Shown here: positions 47,125 to 57,912 of the stretch, one piece after another | Layout: each line of letters opens with the position of its first letter | Numbering within the stretch: position 1 is the stretch's first letter | Assembly: GCF_021869535.1 (NCBI RefSeq) | Contig: NW_026262671.1 | Coordinates: forward strand, 6,200,001 to 6,264,000 | Origin: Mytilus californianus | Taxonomy: Eukaryota | DNA length: 64,000 bases | Direction of reading: 5' to 3' | The notes under the pieces: generated by a model | Seen by the model: the letters and a program-made list of their open reading frames with translations, nothing else | What the model was told of the DNA's origin: nothing | Database searches by the model: none | Program-made: the position numbers and the translations under genes

Positions 47125-50100
47125 AGGTGTGTAGGTGAGTTCATCTTATCACCACCTTCTTAATCAACCAAGCGATGTCACTCTTAATCTTATTTCTATT
47201 CCTGATGTCAGTTGGATACCATGTATCCCCTACAAAAACAACAGATAGGCAAAATGACAAACTGCTACCCATAAACCAGCTCCTTTACACTGTGTACAAA
47301 AACATTTACATAAAGAATAACCTGAACCACAAAGGAAAGCTGCTATTATACCTGTCAATAGTCCTTCTTACGGGTTCAAATGATATTGAATTAAATCCTG
47401 GCCCATCAGGAAACTGCTCAAGATCAGAAAATAATTCCACGATATATCCGTGTGGAACATGTGACAAACCGGTCACATGGGACGACAAGGGAATTGTCTG
47501 TGATACATGTAACCAGTGGTATCATGCCCAATGCCAATCCTTAGACACCAAATATTACTTAGAACATGTCAACAATTCAGGAATTGCGTGGAACTGTATA
47601 ATGTGTGAATGTCCAAACTACTCCACATTCTGCTACTCACTAGTCTTCAGTTCTTCCAACCAATTCAGCATTCTTTCAGACACACCTCTCGACAGTCCAA
47701 CTCCAACACGAAATCTCAGGCCTGTCCACTCATCCACTCCAGGAATAATACGAGGAAATCTAAAGCAACATCAAACACCACAAGCACAATACGCATGGTA
47801 AATGTAAATTTTCAGTCTATCAAAACTAAGCAAGGCCAACTGTACAATATGCTTGATAGTACCAAACCAGACATCATACTTGGAACTGAGACGTGGATTG
47901 ATTCAAGCATTAAAGACAGCCAAATTTTTCCACCAGGATACAACATATACAGGAATGATCGAAACCTGAATGGTGGAGGGGTCCTAGTTGCAGTACGGAA
48001 CAACTTGATCAGCTCACCAGTCACAGAACTACAAACAGATTGTGAAATGGTATGGTGCAAACTAGAACTAGTAGGACATAAAGCCATCTACCTAACATCC
48101 TTTTACAATCCCAAAACATCCAATGAAGAGGGATATAAGCAATTTGACATCAGCATGAGTAGAGCTACAAATGTGAAGAATGCATTTATCATTGCAGCCG
48201 GGGATTTCAACCTACCTGGATGGGACTGGAAAACTAACAAACTAAAACCAAAAACCCAGAATGTCAACATTCACCACAAATTTACAGACATTTTAGATGA
48301 CCATGGGCTAACTCAAATAGTTAATGAACCAACTAGAGGAACTAACACCTTAGATTTGTTTATAACAAATTATCCAGACAACTTTAGGAGAACAGAAGTG
48401 ATACCTGGCCTGTCCGACCATGACATTGTTTATACTGAAGTGGACAGAATACCAGCAAAATTACAACAGAAACCAAGAAAGATCTTCCTTTACAAAAAGG
48501 CAAAATGGCAAAATGTGAAAGACGACCTTCACAATATCAAAGTCACAGCCAAATCACTCCATGATAACAAATCCTCTGTAAATGACATCTGGAACCTATT
48601 TGCAACATCATTAGAAGATCGCGTCAATAAAAATATACCAACTAAGACAGCTCGTAAAAAGGATGGTTACCCATGGATTACAACAGACCTGAGAAGACTT
48701 AAAAGAAGAAGGGACAAAACATATAAAAAGAAGAAAAAATCAGGTGATAAAAGGGACACTGCTTCATACAAAGATCTAAAGAGCAAAACCCAAAAAGAAC
48801 TTAGAAAGGCCTATTGGAGGTATATCGAGGACATCGTTACACCAAGTAGTGAGTCGGACAGAGGTACTAACTGCATGAAAAGATTCTGGACGTACATTAA
48901 GCATAAACGGTCAGATGGGAGTAGCATACCACCGCTTAAATCAGCAGACCTACTACACGACGACTCAACTGACAAAGCCAACATCTTAAATGGACAGTTC
49001 CAGGAAGCATTTTCAAGTAAAAATGACCTCAGTAACACAGAATTTAAGGAAAGATGCAACATGTCTGGCCAATACCCCACAGCACCTGATATTACTATCA
49101 CACAAGAAGGAATTAAGAAACTACTAAATGGTTTAAACCCCCATAAAGCTGCGGGTCCAGATAACATCTCACCTATGATCCTTAAAGAACTAGCCAATGA
49201 AATAGCTCCAATACTCCAACTTGTCTTTCAGAGATCATATGACACAGGAGTGGTACCATCATTATGGAAAACAGCAAACGTTTGTCCAGTTTTCAAAAAA
49301 GGGAAAAAGTTTGAACCAATCAACTACAGACCAATATCATTAACCTGTATATGTTGTAAGATAATGGAGCACATAGTAACCAGCCACATCATGTGCCATG
49401 CAGATAAAAACAACATCCTGTATGACCTTCAACATGGATTTCGGAAGAAACTATCATGTGAAACCCAGCTGATAGAATTCATCGACGACTTCACCAAAAA
49501 CCTTGATAGTGGCCAACAAACAGACTGCCTAATCATGGACTTTTCGAAGGCATTTGACAAGGTCGGCCATAGTCCAATAACACACAAACTTCAACACTAT
49601 GGAATAAGAGGAAAAACAAACGAATGGATTAAAAGCTTCCTATCTGAGAGAACCCAACGAGTACTAATAGAAGGGGAAACATCTGACTCCATTGATGTAG
49701 AGTCTGGGGTACCACAAGGATCTGTGCTAGGACCCAGCCTCTTCCTCTTCTATATAAACGACATGCCAGAAAATATTAAATCAACTGTGAGGCTATTTGC
49801 AGATGACACCATTGCATACATCACAGTAACATCAGATGATAATACCCTCCAGGAAGATTTAGACAGGTTGGCTGTCTGGGAAGAAAAATGGATGATGCAA
49901 TTCCATCCAGATAAATGTCAGGTATTATCAGTAACAAAGAACAGAACACCTATTATAAAGGATTACCGTTTACATAGCCACACTTTGGAGCACGTAACAT
50001 CTGCAAAATACTTAGGAGTAACTATAACATCAGACCTTAAATGGGAAAAACATATCGGAAACATCTGTGCCAAGGCAAATAAAACCATCGGATTTCTCAA

Positions 50101-50742
50101 AAGAAATCTCAATATCTCTAACAGTGATATCAAAGTAAAGGCCTACATCTCCCTCGTTAGACCAACAGTCGAGTATGCCAGCTCTCTATGGGATCCATAT
50201 ATTCAAAAAGATAAACACAAGTTAGAAATGGTACAAAGGAGATCGGCCAGATATGTAACAAACCGTTACAGTAACAGATCATCCGTTACTGATATGTTGG
50301 AACAACTAAAGTGGACACCACTTGAAGATAGAAGGAGAAGCGCACGACTATCAATGCTGTATAAGATCAACAACCAGGAGGTCAACGTTGCAGCAAGCCA
50401 CAAACTCGTTCCACCGGACAGGATCTCAAGAAATATGGGCAGAAACTCTTTTCAGATCCCACAATGTAACACGACAACAAGGAAAGAGTCATTCTACCCG
50501 AGGACCATCAGGAATTGGAACGCTTGCCCTCCTCAGTTACATCTGTCAGCAGCCTTGAATCGTTCAAGAGGCTCCTGACAAACAAATAAATCAAAAGCCC
50601 TTGTTTTTAACCCCCACTGTTAAATATTTGTATAGCACCTTTTTTTGTTTGTTACTTAATCAAAATTATATAATAAAATTTTGCGCACACCCCAAAATGA
50701 CAGAATAGTCAACATGATGACGGTGGTCACTAACCGGTAGAA
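47125..50742 (+). mobile_element. Near full-length non-LTR retrotransposon (APE-type, CR1 group: CR1/L2/Crack-like)
   Basis: ORF 47175-47801 (leader, 2A-like DIELNPGP, PHD finger) overlaps the long frame 47609-50578, which holds the APE endonuclease (IRMVNVNFQS...GTETW...GDFN...SDHD) and RT (NYRPISL, DFSKAFD, GVPQGSVLGP, FADD at 49796-49807, KYLG). 3' UTR of about 150 nt. Element ends are approximate; no TSD found. Confidence 0.93.
47175..50589 (+). pseudogene. LINE polyprotein (leader-2A-PHD-APE-RT) broken by two 1-nt deletions
   Basis: A -1 shift near 47740 joins PVHSSTP to RNNTRKSK...IRMVNVNFQS. A second -1 shift near 50523 restores the typical end WNALPSSVTSVSSLESFKRLLTNK* (stop 50587-50589). 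Confidence 0.8.
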
Positions 50743-51729
50743 GCTGCCCATGATGCTGGGTCCGAGTTGCATGACATGTCATGTTGCATTGAAATTATTA
50801 AATTTTATTGCTATAACTTCTACAAAATTATTTGATTACAAGTTTTAGTTACCATTTACGTTTGCATATGAAAACAGAGTGTCTTTTGTTGTGTATTTCA
50901 CGTGTAATGTAACATACAGCAAGCCCTTCTCGGTAAACAAAATGGCGACTTACTTGGAAAATGGCCTTTTATTTTTGCAGCTAAATTTTCATTTTTGGTG
51001 TTAAAAGACACTCTAAATTGAACGAGTTCTTTTCCTTATATATTTTTACGTTTGCCTAGCAAGTTCCAACTTCTTTTGTTGAGAAGTAAGTCAAATATTG
51101 ATGTTATTTCGTCCCCTCAATTTTTTTGGTCAAAATGTTTACCAATCAGAGCAGAGATGCTATTTTGCAGCTATATGTTGAATATATGCTACACAATCAC
51201 ATATTGCATTATTTTTTCCCATTTCTTAGACAATTTTACACTTGCATAGAAAATTTTAGCTTACTATGTTGAGAATTTGATTAGACATTGAGCTACAAAT
51301 GAACTAATTTTTAGCAGCTATATTTTGTTTTCATAATATCTCACTATCAGAGCATAGCTGCTAGTTTGCCGATATATGGTCAATGCACGTTGCACAAAAA
51401 TGCACAAAAGTAATTTTCTTCCATTCATTAGATATATTTACACTTACAGAGAAAAAATGAGCTTCCTATATTGGAAAGTTAATTAGATATTGAGCCTTAA
51501 TTTCTTCGCTTAAATTAATTTTCATTTTTTCTTTCTCAAAATGACTGTGAACCAAGGCAATGCAGTTAATTTGCAGATCAAGAGTCAATATCAGAAGCGT
51601 AAACAAAAACTAATTTAAAGGTCTTCTGTTCCTTACATGTTTTTGAGCATGCTGTGCAAAATTAAGCCTCCTATATGGCAGAAAAGCATACATATTTATT
51701 GATTTGTCTTATACTTCTGTCTCAGTTGT

Positions 51730-51857
51730 CAGGGGCGGATCCAGCCATTTTAAAAAGGGGTGTCCCCATTCAAATGTATTGATCGTCCAAAAAATAGAGG
51801 AGGTTCCAACCCCCGGAACCCCCCCCCCCCCCCCCCCCCCCTCTGAATCCGCCACTG
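51730..51857. mobile_element. Small MITE with CAG(G/T)GGCGGAT TIR; relative at ~26036-26210
   Basis: CAGGGGCGGATCC...GAATCCGCCACTG with an internal poly-C run. Confidence 0.6.
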
Positions 51858-53962
51858 GTCTGTCTCAGTTGTCTACGCAAGGCAAGGACATATAACTAAC
51901 AATCAAGATTTTCTATATGACTAAAAATTTTGAGGGACCACGTCCGTCACTATCCACTACCAACAGTGTGTGATTGGTTGATTGTTGGTTGCTTAACGTC
52001 CAGTTCAACAGTGTGTGTGTTAATATACTAAATGGCAATCGAATTTAAAATCATGAACATTGGTCGTTTTCATCACGTATATCTTATACGCTCATATCTT
52101 TTTTTCTATATAATAACTACAAATAACCCAAATTTCAAAATCTTGAATATACTATTGGGGACAACTTAGCTAGAATGATATAAACCTTATATATATACAT
52201 ACAACACTTAAGAATATGGTTGTGAATGTAAACTGAATAACCTAGTAACTTGATCACGGACGACCTCGCCGGCCAAGAACAACCAAACAAACGATCACGG
52301 ACGACCTCGCCGGCCAAGAACAACCAAACAAACTCAATATTGCCAAGGGTAAAATGGAAACGTGTGTCCGAACCCAATGCCACAAATCGTCTCAAGATAT
52401 AAACTCGGACGTGTTTTTACAAAGTTTTCATGATTTTGAAAACGTATAAACACATGATAAATACATTATCATAATAATATTCATTATACCTGTTGGAACT
52501 TGATTTTTTTCCTGTCTGCGGCGGGCTAATTAATCTCAAAGGGGGGGGGGGGGGGGGAATCCCCGCTATAATATTGGTCACTTGTCTTATACCTAGTTAC
52601 GTAAACTAATTAAATTATACGCGTATACTAGTACCGTCAATACAATAATTTCTTCGAAACGTGAGAAATTATACTTGTTGAGACTTGACGCTTCCTAATC
52701 GAGGATGTATGTATATTTCGGCCTCTAAATGTATATAATTGATAGTGCACCTATCTATGGAATTGCCGCCTTTAATGTATATGACATACAAGGAAAAAGA
52801 AAAAAGAATTACAAAATATTAAGATTAATTTATTGTGATTGTTCGTTTTTACGAGCGCAAATATTTAATTAATTTTAAGGGCGAAAAGAAGTAGAATAAA
52901 AGAACAGAGTTCCAATGTCCCCCGCGTTGCACATATTTTATCTATCCAGGGGCAATAACTAAAAAAAACCCCACTTTTTTGTTGTTCTTAAAAACAATTT
53001 ATAAATAAAAAGCGTGCGCCGGGGACAATAATTTTTTTAATGTATACTAAATATTTCAAACAGACCTTCAAGGGCATTTCTTATAGTATACTATAAGTTT
53101 TATTAAAAAATGTACCCGTGAGAGCGCTAACGAGGCCATTTTCCATAAATTTAATATTTCCAAGGGTCATAACTCTTTTTAAAAAAGTCGATCGTTCACC
53201 ATTATAGAACTAATGAATACATTCATTTTTCATGCGACTTTATGCTACGTTTAACTATTAGGAAATCAATTAAATAATCTGGAAAAGTTAAACCTAATTA
53301 TAGGTCACGAGTCAATTCATGTGAATTAATATTATATAACTAAATAAGTTTAATTAAATATGCAAAGAAAAATCAATTGGAAGCGCAATGTGTGGATTTG
53401 TGTTAAATCAATATACCACTATAAATAAAAATATTGGTCGTTTTGCATACCTAGTTAAAATTAGACGCTCCCTCATCGAGTATTTCCGTGACTTTTTTTC
53501 CTTTGACTTTTTTTCCTACATTCGACTGCATGTATATGTCGGCTTCTAAATGTATATAATCATATAATCTCTGAATTTGTATTTATCTAAGGAATTGCCC
53601 CCTCATTAATCTAACAAACCTTGCATCTGCTTTTATTCTTATAATTATGAAAGTTGCAAGTAAAAGAACTTTGACGATACTTGTCAGCTGACCCCAGCAG
53701 GCATCCAATGTTGTACAGACGTGAATATTTGGTTGAAAATAGGTCGCAACGTCGGCGACCTAAATTCAACGTCGGTACAACGTCGACTGGCAATCGTCTG
53801 TCGGACGTTATAGAATGACGTCTATATAACCTTGGTTTTTGGTCGCGACCTTATACAAAGTCAACACAACGTCGGATTCCAAATGTCTGTCGGACGTCTA
53901 AATTAATCTAAAATATCAAAATCACTCGTACACGGACATATATACTCAGCAGGCACGCAACT

Positions 53963-54652
53963 TTTTATTAGTCCCCTACCGACGAAGTCGAAGGGGACTT
54001 TAGGTTTGCACTCCGTCTGTCTGTCGGTCTGTCTGTCCATCTGTCAGTCCGGCAAATCAGTTTTCCAGACTTTTTTTCTTCTTGCTTGGAGATATTGATG
54101 TGATATTTGGTTTATTGATTTATCATGACAAGTTACAGGTCAAGTTCAATTTTCACGATTTTAGCTTTTCTCTTTGTTCAGTTAAAGCCCTTTCCCTAGA
54201 ATTAAATTTTTGATGAAATACTTATTAATTAGTAGATTTCTGTTCAAAAGGATTTTTTAAAAGACTTTTAAAAGACAAAATGACATTTTGGATTTTTTTC
54301 CTTTTCTTTGATAAATTGTTTGAAGAATTTAGTTGTAGGTTTGTTTGTCATTCTTGAATATATTGATTTGATAATTAGTATATAGTTTTATCATGACAAG
54401 TCACGGATCAAGTTGGAATTTTGTTCCAGTCTGATAATTTTGTGCAGACTTATGGTCTTTGGACATAGAAAATTCACTTAAATAATCAATTTTCAACAGT
54501 TTTTTTCATCATGCTTGAAATTTTGACTTGATATTTTATGTAGTTTACACCATGACAAGTTATAGATCAAGTTAGAATTTCGTTCCTTTACAATGAATTT
54601 GTAACCGGTAGGGGACTATGTTTTGCCATGCAATACTCACAGAATGCTTGTT
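53963..54652 (-). mobile_element. HINE-like element nested in the CMC transposon
   Basis: AGTCCCCTACCG (~53969) / CGGTAGGGGACT (~54607) inverted pair; (CTGT)n microsatellite; diverged core repeats. Confidence 0.62.
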
Positions 54653-55469
54653 TATAGATGTGGTATGAGTGCCAATGAGACAACTCTCCATCCAAGTCAA
54701 AATTTATAAAAGTAAACCATTATAGGTCACAGTACGGTCTTCAACACGGAGTCTTGGCTCGCACCGAACTGTAAGCTATAAAGGGCCCCAAAAATTACTA
54801 GTGTAAAACCATTCAAACGGAAAAACCAACGGTCTAATCTATATAAAAAACGAGAAACGAGAAACACTTATGAACCACATCAACAAACGACAACTACTGA
54901 ACATCAGATTCCTGACTTAGGACAGGTGCAAACAAATGCAGCGGGTTTAAACGTTTTAATGGTACCAAACCTTCACCCTTTTTCTGAAACAATAGTGTAA
55001 CATCACAACATAGAAAGACACACTATAAAATATCAACTGAAATAGCTTAACTCAATCAAAGGACATATTAACACCATTGAACATACACTGAACAAGTAAA
55101 TTTGACCTATGATACAATGTAAATACAAAATAAATAAACTAAGGGAAGAATAATAAAAGTAACATGTTATATCGGTAAGAAATGTTAAACAATTAAAGAA
55201 AAACAATATGCTCGAACAAAAATACCATCCATTTGCAATAACTTTAAACACAGGTAAATGAAAATAATTTTGTTGTTAGGTATACGTGTACAGTACCAAT
55301 AGAGAAAGGAAATATAATTACAAAATACATAATTTTGATGTTCATAGTACGAAGTGAAAATTTATAGTTATACCAAACACTTATCAAAGATGGTATATAG
55401 ACCAGATATAACCCTGAATAACATTAGATAACAAAAAAGCAATACAATTAGTATCAACAGGTCAAATAA

Positions 55470-56070
55470 ACAAGAAAGTACGATTTGAGAGTACTAGCAG
55501 TTACTGACAGCTAGTTAAAAGCCAAAACAATTAATAATAAAAAATCATGCATCAGAGACTAAAATCAACTAAAACACATCCCAGGGATTTAGTATTTTAA
55601 CGTCATGGACAGTCAAAGAAGACATGACTAGTGCAATGCCAAAAATAAATGTATCGACAGACAGTAGGATAGTCAGGAGTTTAACCTCTTTATAGATCTA
55701 AACGAACGTGGGTGTGTCTTAATACATCCCACTTGAAAAAAATACAAATTTTGTTATGTTTTAATTTGCTGATGACAAAATCGATATTAGTGCCAATGTA
55801 AACTATATTCAAAGATCTAATTACAACATTGGTAAGATAACCTTTACTAATAAGCCTGTTTAAAGGTTCGATGAGTTTACACGGATCACATAGTGATTTC
55901 CGCGCTTTAAGTACAAAATTACCGTAAAATTTAGGATGTGAAATACCGTTTTTAATCAGTTTTCTACAAGTACAGCCAAATTTACTTATCAAATCTTTGT
56001 ATCTATGAAAGAACTTAGCAAAAGTTTTACGTAATTTATGGTAACGAAATCCTTGGTTTACTGATGTTTT
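55470..56070 (-). mobile_element. 3' fragment of a Penelope-like RT element
   Basis: Minus-strand translation QGFRYHKLRKTFAKFFHRYKDLISKFGCTCRKLIKNGISHPKFYGNFVLKARK resembles, from memory, the C-terminus of mollusc Penelope-like RTs (KQGYRYHKLRKAFSKFY...GISEPVFYGDLVYK). It is followed by a 3' UTR related to 5705-5745. Confidence 0.62.
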
Positions 56071-57410
56071 TCGAATTAATTCAATGTTTACTTTTGCTAC
56101 TGTATAAAAATCTTCAAATTATTGACATGATAAAAGTGAATGAATCACTTTAAAAAAATTTCGAAGTAAAATATTGTAATCACAAACAGATTTGATTTCA
56201 ATTGGCGCATGCGTATAAGGCCGACATTTCGAATTTATGTGCGCCAATATTTGATTACAACAACAATTTCTTCGACGTTTCATATACATACTTAGGTTAC
56301 AGTTGCTGTAAAATGTGCAAAGTAAGTATAATTTTCATTTATTGTTTGCTTTAATAATAGATATATGATAATTTAGTGTAAACAGTATTGTAGCTGTAAT
56401 TATTCACAAGATTGAGTTTAAGTGATTTGTGTAGATCAGATCTCGGATCAGATATGATTTATAATTATGCACGTGGTCTGTCATATTTCTGCAGAAAGGT
56501 GACCTTAAGATATATTTGACTTATATATTGAAAAATGGGTAAAAGAACGTACTTATTTTAAAAAATTATGAACAATGATTTGATAAAAAGCATAAATTCA
56601 AAATGGACAAATGAATTTTTCAACTTGTAACGACTTCTTCAAAATTCTATCATTGCAGATACATGGAGGATGGATTCATAATAGATCATGGAATATCGGA
56701 TGAAAAAGAAGAATATTGTATTCGTCTGGTAAGTAATTATTTATAACACCTTTATGGCTTATTGAAGTTCACCTAAGTAATGCTCAAACGATAAAATTTC
56801 GTTCTTATATGTTGATGTAATTAAAAGTCCAAGATTTACAACACATGACATTTTTGACCTTGAAATACATTTAAAACAAACAATTTCGTTCTACTCTAGC
56901 TGACACTCACGGCATGTATTCCAACATGTTATCGGTGAAGTAATGTGCAGATAAGAAACATGTGTGACCACTGCAAATTAATACACACTCTGACCAATTT
57001 CAAAGTGGTTTATATGATAACGTCAAAATAGATGATGTATTTGATACTGATGCTTTATCAATTGACCGTACTTAATTATTACAGCACAAAAAAAAAAAAA
57101 AAACAAGGAAAAAGCAAATATTCCTAATATAGTTTTGATATACGTAAATTAAAAAAGTATCACAAAATACTGGAAGTTATTACAGTTTGAAGAAGAATGT
57201 AAACAAAGTTTCAATGTTTAACCACCTCTTGCGTATAGCAAACATGCCAAAAATATCTATTGATGAAGAATTTAAATATAAAATAAAATATATCAATATA
57301 ATTAATTATACATGAATAATATTTATTTTGGATCATACTAAAACTATAGGGGTCTATCTGGCAATGTAGGATACATTTTTTATTGGTATTTTATGTTACA
57401 AAATGTGTGT

Positions 57411-57912
57411 TTGTCAAGAACTCGGTGCTTGTGGTGCATTATAGTGACTGTCACGATTCGGTACTTGCAGTGCAATAACTACTGTTTCCCAAGATGAGTG
57501 ATTGTACAGATCTCGGTGCTTGTGGGGCATTATTGTGACTGTCAAGATCTTGGTGCTTGCGGTGCATTATTGTTTCCTAAGATGAGTGACTGTGAAGATT
57601 TCGGTGCTTGTGGTGCATTATTGTTTCTCAAGATGAGTGACTGTCAATTTCTCGGTGCTTGTGATGCATTATTTTCTCCAAAGATGAATGAGTGTCAAGA
57701 TCTCGGTGCTCGTGATGCATTATTGTTTCCCAAGATGAGTGACTATCAAGATCTCGGTGCTTGTGGGGCATTATTGTATCTCAAGATGATTGACTGGCAA
57801 GATCTCAGTGCTTGCGGTGCATTATTGTTTCCAAAGATGAGTGACTGTCAAGATCTCGGTGCTTGTGGTGCATTATTGTTTCTCAAGATGAGTGACTGTC
57901 AAGATCTCGGTG
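57411..57912. repeat. 51-bp minisatellite inside the CMC element (~9-10 copies)
   Basis: Unit TCAAGATCTCGGTGCTTGTGGTGCATTATTGTTTCTCAAGATGAGTGACTG; explains the repetitive 142-aa ORF 57498-57926. Confidence 0.9.

Noticed and set aside
50322-50558. Short ORFs overlapping the LINE (also 47306-47488, 47812-48087, 48811-49197)
   Set aside because: Shadow frames of the RT ORF; only the tail of this frame's continuation reflects the frameshifted true C-terminus.
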